From the IMG/VR virus record IMGVR_UViG_3300042452_000440: a stretch of 64,000 nucleotides of DNA; one strand, given 5' to 3'. The notes under the pieces were generated by a model, which saw only the letters and a list, made by a program, of their open reading frames with translations, searched no databases and was not told the DNA's origin. Position 1 is the first letter of the stretch. The number at the start of each line of letters is the position of its first letter. Of the stretch, positions 1-9,274 are shown in pieces. This stretch comes from an uncultured virus (IMG/VR IMGVR_UViG_3300042452_000440). Its lineage: Duplodnaviria; Heunggongvirae; Uroviricota; Caudoviricetes. A program made the position numbers and the translations under genes.

Positions 1-16
1 GTTGTAGTTGTACTAT

Positions 17-247
17 TTAATAAGGGTCACAAGGAACTCTTACAACTTCTGTCCACCTCCTAACATAACCAGATCTCCACCGATTACCAGGAACATATTC
101 TTCGCGAATAATGCGTTCTCTACATGCTGGAATATATTCCCTATAATATGGGCGATCATATGCAAATGGTGCCCAAAATTGATCCCAAGTGATTGCCTGT
201 ACTGGAATCGGAAGAAAAGTTAGGAAGAAGATGGGTAGAAGTTTCAT
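17..247 (-). CDS. Hypothetical protein with signal-peptide-like N-terminus
   Basis: 76-aa ORF with hydrophobic N-terminus (MKLLPIFFLTFLPIPVQA); start overlaps the upstream stop (ATGA). Confidence 0.7.
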   Translation of the reverse strand: MKLLPIFFLTFLPIPVQAITWDQFWAPFAYDRPYYREYIPACRERIIREEYVPGNRWRSGYVRRWTEVVRVPCDPY

Positions 248-492
248 AGAAACTTTTCTAGTGTTGTTGTTGCTCTTTTAGCAGATTTGATTTCTTTTGA
301 GATATAAGTTCTTGCTGCCTTATAAGTGTTTGCCAAATGAACCTGCTGTCCATTATGTATAATGACAAACTTTTTACCAAAAGGAACTGCTGCCCACATT
401 CCATCTTTGGTTACATAACCTTCTGGGTCTCCTGGTTTTGCATCAAGAATGCCAGGACGAGCAATAAATGGTTTTTGAAACTTTTCTGTCAT
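244..492 (-). CDS. Hypothetical phage protein
   Basis: 82-aa ORF, coupled to neighbours on both sides by overlapping start/stop codons. Confidence 0.75.
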   Translation of the reverse strand: MTEKFQKPFIARPGILDAKPGDPEGYVTKDGMWAAVPFGKKFVIIHNGQQVHLANTYKAARTYISKEIKSAKRATTTLEKFL

Positions 493-632
493 CAGAATAC
501 AGCAGTTACACCAATCACCTTTGCACTGGGGTTACGAGCAAGTGCAGTCCTCTTTGCATCATTATAGTCACGTGCTTCCACGATCTCATCAAAGACTTTA
601 CCAGCAACGTAGAGTTGAACTTTGCAGCGCAT
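492..632 (-). CDS. Small hypothetical protein (46 aa, not in ORF track)
   Basis: Manual translation MRCKVQLYVAGKVFDEIVEARDYNDAKRTALARNPSAKVIGVTAVF*; its TGA overlaps the ATG of the next gene; fills the gap. Confidence 0.75.
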   Translation of the reverse strand: MRCKVQLYVAGKVFDEIVEARDYNDAKRTALARNPSAKVIGVTAVF

Positions 633-653
633 TGGGTTTTCCTGATTACTTTG

Positions 654-1472
654 TTATTGTAGAGCAGAAAGCAATGGATTGACAAGTGGTTGTGCCACTT
701 CTTCATCTGTCACAAAGGGGTCAATTTTATCGTAGGATCCCACCCACTCCCGTGCCTTTTCAAAATACTCTGGATCGTTCTCAATACCAATGTATTGACG
801 ATTAGTATTCTTACAGGCAATGATTGTTGATCCAGAACCCATACAATTATCCAGAATCACATCACCTTCATTACTGTATGTCTTGATAAAGTACTCAATT
901 AGAGGCACAGGTTTCTGTGTTGGATGAAACTTCAACGGATCATCATTGTTGATGACAGGAAATTGCAGAACATCACGCGGATATCTTGTAGTTGAACCAC
1001 CAGGATTGCCCAGGCGCTTCTCAACGTGATTATAATTGCGTTTTCTGTCGGGAGGGGGCAACTGGTCCTTCGGCAGCACCGCATTCATCGGTTTATGCCC
1101 TTGTGTCATTTGGGGATTGTATGTTGGCAACTTACGATAAAACACCAGCACATTTTCGTGTGCCTTCATAGGCATCTTCTTTGCATTCAGGTGCCCAGTT
1201 GCCTTGTTCTTTTCCCAGATCCACTCATACTTGAAATACTTCAAGTTGGAGCAGGCAAGCACCTTATCAAAGGGTGGTTGTGCAGTCAGAACAATCGCAC
1301 CATTTTCCTTTACGACACGGTGATACTGTTCCCACAATTGATCGAATGGGATAATACAATCCCAATCGTTCTGGGTTGAACCATAGGGAAGGTCAGAAAA
1401 GACCATATCCACACAACCATCAGGAAGTGTGGACATAATCTCAATACAATCTCCTTGAAATAATTGGTTCAT
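654..1472 (-). CDS. DNA N6-adenine/N4-cytosine methyltransferase, beta class
   Basis: Catalytic DLPY near the N-terminus, HPTQKP, and SAM-binding LDNCMGSGST near the C-terminus (beta motif order). Confidence 0.92.
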   Translation of the reverse strand: MNQLFQGDCIEIMSTLPDGCVDMVFSDLPYGSTQNDWDCIIPFDQLWEQYHRVVKENGAIVLTAQPPFDKVLACSNLKYFKYEWIWEKNKATGHLNAKKMPMKAHENVLVFYRKLPTYNPQMTQGHKPMNAVLPKDQLPPPDRKRNYNHVEKRLGNPGGSTTRYPRDVLQFPVINNDDPLKFHPTQKPVPLIEYFIKTYSNEGDVILDNCMGSGSTIIACKNTNRQYIGIENDPEYFEKAREWVGSYDKIDPFVTDEEVAQPLVNPLLSALQ

Positions 1473-2701
1473 CGCTTTACAACAGAAATAGCAGGTTGAC
1501 CTTGATTGAACACGGTGTCCACCACCGCTTGCACCTTCTTAGCGGTGCTGATGCCCACAGAAGAGTAGACAGGGATGCAGACCAACCCAAAGGACTTGGT
1601 GTAGGTTTCAACGGCACCAGGGGCGATCCTGCCGCTGCTGAGACCCTCTGCATCGTCCTTGTGGAGACGGATCACCCGCCCGATGGTCTGAGAGATACCA
1701 ATATAGTCCATAGAACGCATAAAGAGAACCGCTTCCAGACCAGAAACGTTGATGCCTTCGCTCAGAATGCTGTGGTGCAGAACCACAAACTTCTTAGAGT
1801 CATCCTTACCCCAAGCACTCAGAGTGTCAAAGAACACCTCACGGTTGACCTTCTGACCATCAATCACGGCACCAGTCTTGGAAGTGATGTACATCCAAGA
1901 GAAACCACGCTCTTCCAGTTGAGTGCAGAAATCAGTCTGAGAAACCAGATTCTGAATCTGTTTGGTTGCCTTAGAGCAGATCAGAACCTTACCAACTTCC
2001 TGAGCATCGATGGTCTGAATCAGATTCTCACAGTCAACATCGGCAACAATCTGACCCTTACCCAGCATCTCAAACTGCTGCACCACAACCTTAGGAGGAA
2101 CAATGAAACCACCCTCAACCAGTTCGGGAGCAGGAACATTGCAGATCACATTGCCATAAACAGCAGCATCGTTCATGCCAGGTTTGGAAACAGTAGCAGA
2201 ATGCTTAGGAGTAGCAGTGAAGAAATAGCAGCGGTTAGCAGTAGAAGCAAAGTGCTCGGTTGCTGGAAAAAAGTGACGCTGAACGCTGTTATGTGCTTCA
2301 TCAAAGTAAATGGTATCAACATGAATATCTGCCTGTTGCAGACGTTGCAGAGAGTTGTAGGTGGTGAAGATCAGTTGATGCTTATAAGCACGACGCGACC
2401 AGTTATGAATCTCAGAGGGTTTGGTGGTGCTGATATGATGAGTCTCACCACTATGAACGTGCAGCACGGCAACGTTGGTGATAAACTCCAAGAACTCGCT
2501 AGACAACTGCTCTGCCAGGAGGATGCGCGGTGCCACGACCACGATAGTCTGGGGAATATCTTTCAGAAACTGACGGATGGCATCAAAGATAGCAACGTTA
2601 GTCTTGCCAGCACCAGTCGGCATAATCAGTTGACCAAGTTGATGCTTTTCCATAGCATCAAGACCACGTTGTTGGTGAGGGCGAAGTTGGAACATCATCA
2701 T
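1469..2701 (-). CDS. SF2 DEAD/DEAH-box helicase (ResIII-like)
   Basis: LRPHQ Q-motif, PTGAGKT Walker A, DEAH, TAT, LSEGIN, QTIGRVIR; start placed at the ATG run 2693-2701 downstream of a TATAAT. Confidence 0.9.
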   Translation of the reverse strand: MMMFQLRPHQQRGLDAMEKHQLGQLIMPTGAGKTNVAIFDAIRQFLKDIPQTIVVVAPRILLAEQLSSEFLEFITNVAVLHVHSGETHHISTTKPSEIHNWSRRAYKHQLIFTTYNSLQRLQQADIHVDTIYFDEAHNSVQRHFFPATEHFASTANRCYFFTATPKHSATVSKPGMNDAAVYGNVICNVPAPELVEGGFIVPPKVVVQQFEMLGKGQIVADVDCENLIQTIDAQEVGKVLICSKATKQIQNLVSQTDFCTQLEERGFSWMYITSKTGAVIDGQKVNREVFFDTLSAWGKDDSKKFVVLHHSILSEGINVSGLEAVLFMRSMDYIGISQTIGRVIRLHKDDAEGLSSGRIAPGAVETYTKSFGLVCIPVYSSVGISTAKKVQAVVDTVFNQGQPAISVVKR

Positions 2702-2733
2702 GCGTTTCAATACAGTTATTATACAGCAAAAAT

Positions 2734-2755
2734 CAAGGGAACCCAAGTCCCCTTG
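2734..2755 (-). terminator. Probable intrinsic terminator hairpin
   Basis: Minus strand CAAGGGGAC-TTGG-GTTCCCTTG followed by ATTTTT, after the oxygenase stop. Confidence 0.5.
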
Positions 2756-2777
2756 TGACAGTTATGAAAGTGTCCAC

Positions 2778-3257
2778 TCAGGATCCGTACTTGATCGCTA
2801 CGGTGAACCGATGTTTGTTTCTGAATGGCGTCGCCCTATGAAGTATACTAGCATCAAAGTATACCATACGATTGGGTACGGGTGTTACGCCATAGATCTC
2901 ATTATTGACTAAGAATTGTGTTTCTCCACCATCGTTCAGTTCCCATTGTCTTGTAGGATAATAAAGAAAAGTAATGTCACCAGGATCACCATCAGTATGA
3001 AAGTATGGATTTTCTGATGGTGCAAAGCAATTGATGTACATTCGATATAATTGAATATCAGAAACTAATTTCTGTATCTTACATTCAAATAACTTATAGA
3101 TATCTTCTACTTGTGAGATTTGATGAACCATTCCAGTTGGAGGTAATCCATAAGAATCAACTTCCCCATAAGTATAGGCAGCACTCTCACAATAATTTAA
3201 AACATAATCAAATTCTTCCTTAGAAAGAAAGCGATCAACAATCTCAATCATTGCCAT
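2778..3257 (-). CDS. 2OG-Fe(II) oxygenase (prolyl-4-hydroxylase-like)
   Basis: HTD, GGET, PNRMVYFD, LHRA, RFTVA: HxD...H triad plus distal Arg. Confidence 0.88.
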   Translation of the reverse strand: MAMIEIVDRFLSKEEFDYVLNYCESAAYTYGEVDSYGLPPTGMVHQISQVEDIYKLFECKIQKLVSDIQLYRMYINCFAPSENPYFHTDGDPGDITFLYYPTRQWELNDGGETQFLVNNEIYGVTPVPNRMVYFDASILHRATPFRNKHRFTVAIKYGS

Positions 3258-3904
3258 ATTGAATCTTCACCATATTTTACAACACGAACGTTAAAAGATA
3301 TTGTAATTCTAGGATAATCTGTTTTCTTACAAGGTGGAACACAGTGTAAAAGGTATGATGGAAACATTAAAAGATCACCTTCTTCAACATCAGGAACATA
3401 AACCTCACCATAACCGTTACGATCCAATTCAAGACTTAAATTTCTTAATTGTGCTAATGGATCACTAAACTGTGGTGGAGAATGTTCTTCTTTATTGTAA
3501 GAGAGAAAGTGAATACAAGAAAAATGACAAGGACTTAAAGTAACTCCTAAGTGATCATGTTTTTCTTGATATTCCCCATCGAGATACACATTGTACCAGA
3601 TCTTAGGAATATCAATTTCATATTCTCGATCAAAAATCTTATCCATACAAGAACAATATCTTTTAAAGAGAATATTCTCGTATGGTGAGTTCTCATAAAA
3701 TATTTCTCTACCTTCTGGTTCACCAGAAAAAGAAGTCTTTACTTTATGAGTTGTCCATAGATCAGGAATTTTTAAGTGATTAGAATTCCTTATAATTTTT
3801 GATACTAAGAGGTTTTTAATACTGCCATTATCTTCTACTTTTGCCTTGAATATTGATATTGGAAATATTTTCTTACAATTATCCTCTAAGTTCTTATTAA
3901 TCAT
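3248..3904 (-). CDS. Putative 2OG-Fe(II) oxygenase
   Basis: WYNVY, QEKHDH, EGDLLMFPSYLLHCV, RITISFN. Confidence 0.85.
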   Translation of the reverse strand: MINKNLEDNCKKIFPISIFKAKVEDNGSIKNLLVSKIIRNSNHLKIPDLWTTHKVKTSFSGEPEGREIFYENSPYENILFKRYCSCMDKIFDREYEIDIPKIWYNVYLDGEYQEKHDHLGVTLSPCHFSCIHFLSYNKEEHSPPQFSDPLAQLRNLSLELDRNGYGEVYVPDVEEGDLLMFPSYLLHCVPPCKKTDYPRITISFNVRVVKYGEDSIWQ

Positions 3905-3936
3905 TATATTTTATCTTCAACGGCAGCAAAGCGATT

Positions 3937-4275
3937 CTAGTCGGGTTTTTCCTCTTTGTCAAGGTCCTCAACAATTTTTTCAAATAAACTTTCCCATGTC
4001 TCGTCAGATTCTTTCCATTTGCCTAATGGGCAAGAATCGAGTATAATTTTAGCTTTCATTGGAATATAGCAACCACACTCTGCACATTCATTCTGCAATT
4101 CTAGATATTTTGGGCAAGACTTACAAATAGATATTCTTTCTGCATATACTTCATCACTAACTGTGAGATTTTCGCCAGAATTTTTATGAAGATATCTGAT
4201 TAAATCCCAAGAAAATTTTGCTAAGTTTTTCGCCTTGCCCGTCAAGGGAACCCTTTCATTTTGATTTTCAGACAT
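3937..4275 (-). CDS. Small Cys-rich, probably metal-binding protein (DUF6171-like)
   Basis: RISICKSC...CAECGC...SCPLGKW cysteine pattern. Confidence 0.7.
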   Translation of the reverse strand: MSENQNERVPLTGKAKNLAKFSWDLIRYLHKNSGENLTVSDEVYAERISICKSCPKYLELQNECAECGCYIPMKAKIILDSCPLGKWKESDETWESLFEKIVEDLDKEEKPD

Positions 4276-4292
4276 AAAAAATTCAAACTCTA

Positions 4293-5513
4293 TTAATATA
4301 TATTTCCTCTTATAGTATTACTATTAATTACGCTCTGAGGCATGATTCTATATTGGTTTGGACCATCTTTTGCAACAGCATTTCCTGGATTTCCTGGATT
4401 TCCTGGTGCATCAGTAGATCCTCCACGCTCTCCCCAATCTCCTCCTCTTGCACCATCACCACCTTTTTGTCCTGGTTGTGCTGCTGGTCTAGGACTTCCT
4501 CCACTAAAACATCCTTGTCCAGCAGTTCCAGGATTTCCACTGGATCCATTACTTGGTCCACCTTGATTGTTATATCCTCTTCCACGACCACCATTACCAC
4601 CATCACCACCAATACCACCAGCAGTTGCATATATTTTCTCGCAATTTTCAAACTTATTCCATTGACTGGTAGTCCACCAACAATTTCCCCACCAGTTACA
4701 TACTTGTCTTCTATTACATCCACCACCCTCTCTACAACCTCTTGAAGTATATCCACTTGGGCATCCAGGACATCCTCCACAATTTGATCTAGATATGACA
4801 TCTATACAACTTCCATTTGCACCATTGGCACCTTTTACTCCCTTTTCTCCTCCTCCACCTCCACCATAAATTCTGGCACCAGAACCGACAATTAATCTAC
4901 AATTATTACCTACGTTTCCAAAATTGAGTGCAGTTGCTCCATCTTCTGCATTTCCGTTTTGAACAGTTCCACCTTCTCCACCATATCCAAGAATTGATCC
5001 AGAAACATCAATCCTAACATTATGTACTTGCACAATTGGTGCCATTTGTGCTCCTGCAAGACCAGCTCTCACACTTCCGCAGGTTCCAGTAATCAATATT
5101 CCTTTTTGAACATTTTTAGTTAGATTTCCAGTTACTCCACCACCTTGTCCATCTCTTCCGAAGTATCCCCCACCAGACCAATCAATTCCCTTTCCAGCAG
5201 TGTCCAATCTACCCATTCTAAATCCAGGTTCTCCTGGATATGAACTGTTTTCGTCAGTGCCACTTTGAGTGGCAACATATCTTTTAATTGAATTTCTGAA
5301 TTGTGATAAACTTAAATTATTTCCAGTCGATATGTTTTCATTCTCGGTCGAATCTGGAACAATTGGATTTTCTTCTCCAAGATTTGTATTTCTTCTCAAA
5401 TCGGAAGCTCTCATTTCACCGCTTCCTCTTTCTGCAAAATTAGATCTCAATTGACTAAATGATATTGCTCCACTTCCAAAATATGGACCATATTTTACTA
5501 CTGAAACTGACAT
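4293..5513 (-). CDS. Gly-rich tail-tip adhesin (gp38-like) with Cys/Trp-rich insert
   Basis: N-terminal GAISFSQLRSNF motif; GSILGYGGEGG, IYGGGGGG and GNPGNAV...IRGNIY; late promoter TAAATA upstream. Confidence 0.7.
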   Translation of the reverse strand: MSVSVVKYGPYFGSGAISFSQLRSNFAERGSGEMRASDLRRNTNLGEENPIVPDSTENENISTGNNLSLSQFRNSIKRYVATQSGTDENSSYPGEPGFRMGRLDTAGKGIDWSGGGYFGRDGQGGGVTGNLTKNVQKGILITGTCGSVRAGLAGAQMAPIVQVHNVRIDVSGSILGYGGEGGTVQNGNAEDGATALNFGNVGNNCRLIVGSGARIYGGGGGGEKGVKGANGANGSCIDVISRSNCGGCPGCPSGYTSRGCREGGGCNRRQVCNWWGNCWWTTSQWNKFENCEKIYATAGGIGGDGGNGGRGRGYNNQGGPSNGSSGNPGTAGQGCFSGGSPRPAAQPGQKGGDGARGGDWGERGGSTDAPGNPGNPGNAVAKDGPNQYRIMPQSVINSNTIRGNIY

Positions 5514-5540
5514 CTAATTATAATAGATCTTTTTTTGTAT

Positions 5541-6992
5541 TTATCTGAAATTATCCAAATATTCTTTATGAGATAATCTAGTCACAGTGTTTTTTGAATT
5601 TTCCAATTCTTCGGCATAAGATTTTGCTCTTTCAATAATCTCTTCTTTATCTGGTTGCCAATCTAAAAAATCCTTAATTGAATTATTGACAAACATTTGA
5701 AGACCGTTTGCAACCTGAATATAACTATCAACCTCCCAGAAAAATTTACTTTCCTCAATATTTCTGGATAATAAAAATTCTTCTCTACATTTTTGGGAGA
5801 AATTTTTTATCCAATCAGTCCTATTGTTAAACATGTACTCCCAAAACTTAGAGTCTGTTCTATCCACACAATAATGAAGAGTAATAAATTCTACAATTTC
5901 TTGATAAAAGAGTTTATTAAGATTATTGCACTGATTTCTGTTATATTCTAAACCTTTTAATGATGAGTTATGTTCTATAAAAGTTCTAAGTTGCTGTACA
6001 ATAATATGAATCCCAGTTGATTCTAATGGCTCTACGAATCCAGAAGATAATCCAATTGCTAAACAGTTTCCTATCCAATAATCACTATAATATCCTGGAT
6101 TATATTGAATAATTCTATCTGTACTTAATTCGGCGTTTAGATTTTCCTTTAACCAAAAATTATAATCTTCTCTCGCTTCTTCATCAGTTGTAAATTTGGA
6201 AGAATAGTTATAACCAGTTCCGTATCTGTTACCAATCGGAATTCTCCAAATCCATCCATGTTTGGTTGCTTCTGCCAATGTATACGATGGAATTCCATCA
6301 GAAAAATCAAACGGAATTTGTTGAGGTATTGCTCTATTTAATGGTAGAATATCAGAAATATCATTCCATTTTGGATTTAATGTTTTCAATAAAATAGCAT
6401 CAAATCCAGAGCAATCAATATAATAATCTGCATCAATGACTCCATTTTGTTTGCATTTTATTCCAGTTATATTTTTACCATCTGCATATACTTCTTCAAC
6501 TATATCATCAAAAAAGTCAACCTGATTCTTAATTGCCTCGTAAATATAATTTGAAAGTTCTTGGGTGTCTATGTGTAATGCATTTAATTTTTGATAATAA
6601 ACTGTCGGCACTGTTGTGCTTGGTTTATTATGTAAAACGCCACCATTATAGCAACCATTTGCCAAAGAATATATTGCACATCTATATTGATCATCTTCGT
6701 GCCAATCGAGTTCTGGAAATCCATGAAAATATTCTGTTCCTGGAATCCAATTCTTAAAATTAATACCTGTTTTTATTGTGGTACTCGTATTTTTTAATAG
6801 ATGATTTAAACCTAGAAGATATTTTTCTACAAAATAATGAATAATAGGTGTTGTACTTTCACCAACACCTATATTTTTTTTCTTACCATCGTAAATTACA
6901 GAAACTTGGCATTTATCTCCCCAAGTTTTTTTTATCATCGATGCCGCGATAAGTCCAGAAGTCCCAGACCCAACAATAATAAATTTTTTCAT
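5541..6992 (-). CDS. Flavin-dependent (tryptophan halogenase family) halogenase
   Basis: GSGTSG FAD motif, IGVGEST, candidate catalytic Lys in TIKTGI, WIWRIP, FVEPLESTG. Confidence 0.92.
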   Translation of the reverse strand: MKKFIIVGSGTSGLIAASMIKKTWGDKCQVSVIYDGKKKNIGVGESTTPIIHYFVEKYLLGLNHLLKNTSTTIKTGINFKNWIPGTEYFHGFPELDWHEDDQYRCAIYSLANGCYNGGVLHNKPSTTVPTVYYQKLNALHIDTQELSNYIYEAIKNQVDFFDDIVEEVYADGKNITGIKCKQNGVIDADYYIDCSGFDAILLKTLNPKWNDISDILPLNRAIPQQIPFDFSDGIPSYTLAEATKHGWIWRIPIGNRYGTGYNYSSKFTTDEEAREDYNFWLKENLNAELSTDRIIQYNPGYYSDYWIGNCLAIGLSSGFVEPLESTGIHIIVQQLRTFIEHNSSLKGLEYNRNQCNNLNKLFYQEIVEFITLHYCVDRTDSKFWEYMFNNRTDWIKNFSQKCREEFLLSRNIEESKFFWEVDSYIQVANGLQMFVNNSIKDFLDWQPDKEEIIERAKSYAEELENSKNTVTRLSHKEYLDNFR

Positions 6993-6996
6993 AAAA

Positions 6997-9255
6997 TTAA
7001 TATAATGTTAATGAAGTTGTTCCTACTCCTGGAACAGTGAATACAATTTGATTTCCTACGGTTGTTATCTGGATAGCAGTTCCCACTCCACTAGTAAATC
7101 CATTAACTGCTGTTACAATTCCAGAATTGATGGTTACACCAGTACCAACTTTAATTTGATTTGCTGTTGCAATTCCAGATACATTAATTTCATTTGAGTT
7201 GATGGAAGAAGTCTGAATGCCAAGATTAATCCAAGAACTACTTACGCCTGCAACTGGACCATATCCTTGAAATTCATTTGTTGTTGTATTGTAAATGATG
7301 GATCCAGTTTGAGTTATTAATCCAACTCTTTGTGCTGCCGTATTTCTTGGCAACATCATAAATCTAGCGGCGCCACCTATAATAGATCCACCTGCATTTG
7401 AAAAATCGGCACCAGATAATGGAATTGCTGTACCAACACCAAGTCTAGATTGTGGATCTAAGAATATATCGGATGAGTACATACTCATCGCACCATTTTC
7501 AATTTCAAAATATCCATCATATACCTTAACTAATGCCTCAAGATTTGCTTCGGCTCCATACATTACTGAATAATTTGCACTAGTAGTTCCAACACCAACT
7601 CTAGCTTCAAAAACAGAGTTTCCTACAACATGTAAAGGTGCAGCAATTTGTTTTGTTGGATATGTTGTAAATCCAATACCAACACTATTAAACAGTGCTG
7701 AATCATTTCTGGCATCCAGTCCTATAACTGGGGAGTTTGTTCCAATTCCAATTGAAGATCCAGATCCAATAGTAAGATCGCCAATTAAATTAACGTCATT
7801 AAATGTTGATATTCCAGAAGTTGTGTTAATATTTGAATTTTCTATTAAAGATGGAAGTTGAATATTCGTGGTATTCAGAGTTCCGTAAACAGTTAAATTG
7901 CCACCAACAAAAGAATTTCCAGTTACAGTTGAAGTTCCGACAACGTGCAAAGTATTTGCTGGATTTGTGATACCAAGTCCCAATCTTCCTGTATAGGTGA
8001 GGGACATTAGTTCACTAAAATTCTGCCCATAAAGCCATCCAAATCTTCCAGTATTAATTCCTGGACCTCCTGAATGCAAATATGAATTAAAGTTACCAGG
8101 TGCCTGATTTCTCAATTCAAAGGTCTTGTCAGAATTTCCATATTGAATTATGGCAGCACTAGAAGCAAAGGAAACATTGGATGTTTCTTGTGCTAAGAGG
8201 AGTCTTGCCTCAGATCCAACAACCTCAACTGTTGCAATTGAATTTTTTACAATCTGAATTTCTTTTTCAGGTATTGCAGATCCAATTCCAATTCTACCAT
8301 TTGAGGTTATGGATACAATAGTCCCACCCAACCCAATATTAAATGTAGATGATGTTATAATTCCAGTAGCATTAACACCAGTACATCCAATACTTGAAGC
8401 ACTAATGCTTGTAACTGCAATAGAAGTAGCAGTAATATTATTAACTAAAATATCTGGATTTCCAGTTAATGTTCTGGCAGTTGAAGCAATACCAGTCACA
8501 TTACCTGTAAGATCTCCAGTTACATTTCCTGTGAGATTTCCAAAAAGATTTCCTGCAACAGTTCCAATAAATCCACCAGTTGCAGTAATGATACCAGAAA
8601 CACTAATGTTTGCTGGCATTTTTGAATTCAGTAGAACAGGAATTCTATCATTATCAATTGTTCCATACGCAATATTGGAAGCATTTAATTCAGTTAAATC
8701 GGATCCAATGCCAGCAAACTTATAAGCAGTTGCAATGCCAGTGGCAAGAATATTTCCTTCTGAACTAAACCCTACACCACTTGTAAATCCAACTAATGTT
8801 GTAGAATTAGTTCCAGAAATTTGGAATAAGAATCTTGGATCATTTGTCCCTACACCAACAAAACCTTGTGAATATATGCTAGTAAATCCTAATCCAGCAT
8901 CAACATCCAACCACTGTGATGTTGGTAAGTTTAATAATCTACCGCCATCACCATAATAAGTAACGACCCCAGCTCCGGAAGCAGTTATAATACCACTACG
9001 AATGCTAACCCCTCCACCAATAATAGAATCCCCCAATGTTAAATTGGTAATTGAGAGATTTGTAGCAGTTAGATTTGGTGTATAAATTTGATTAGCAGTT
9101 ACTAGACCAACAACTTTCGCTGTTCCACGAACATCTAAGGCTTCGGTTGGAATTGTCGTCCCAATTCCAACCAGTCCAGTAGGACTTACGACTAGATTAT
9201 CATCATCAACTTGAACACCATTACGAAAATTAAACTGCTTCCTAATATTCGCCAT
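6997..9255 (-). CDS. Tail fibre protein
   Basis: Repeated VGIGTTxP and GIITA motifs, GNLTGNVTG repeats, GSIIYNTTTNEFQGY. Confidence 0.8.
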   Translation of the reverse strand: MANIRKQFNFRNGVQVDDDNLVVSPTGLVGIGTTIPTEALDVRGTAKVVGLVTANQIYTPNLTATNLSITNLTLGDSIIGGGVSIRSGIITASGAGVVTYYGDGGRLLNLPTSQWLDVDAGLGFTSIYSQGFVGVGTNDPRFLFQISGTNSTTLVGFTSGVGFSSEGNILATGIATAYKFAGIGSDLTELNASNIAYGTIDNDRIPVLLNSKMPANISVSGIITATGGFIGTVAGNLFGNLTGNVTGDLTGNVTGIASTARTLTGNPDILVNNITATSIAVTSISASSIGCTGVNATGIITSSTFNIGLGGTIVSITSNGRIGIGSAIPEKEIQIVKNSIATVEVVGSEARLLLAQETSNVSFASSAAIIQYGNSDKTFELRNQAPGNFNSYLHSGGPGINTGRFGWLYGQNFSELMSLTYTGRLGLGITNPANTLHVVGTSTVTGNSFVGGNLTVYGTLNTTNIQLPSLIENSNINTTSGISTFNDVNLIGDLTIGSGSSIGIGTNSPVIGLDARNDSALFNSVGIGFTTYPTKQIAAPLHVVGNSVFEARVGVGTTSANYSVMYGAEANLEALVKVYDGYFEIENGAMSMYSSDIFLDPQSRLGVGTAIPLSGADFSNAGGSIIGGAARFMMLPRNTAAQRVGLITQTGSIIYNTTTNEFQGYGPVAGVSSSWINLGIQTSSINSNEINVSGIATANQIKVGTGVTINSGIVTAVNGFTSGVGTAIQITTVGNQIVFTVPGVGTTSLTLY

Positions 9256-9274
9256 CTTGTTGGTTTTTAGTTAT

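Noticed and set aside
1496..2758. 420-aa plus-strand ORF
   Set aside because: Antisense shadow of the helicase; no recognisable motifs; explained by codon bias of the real gene
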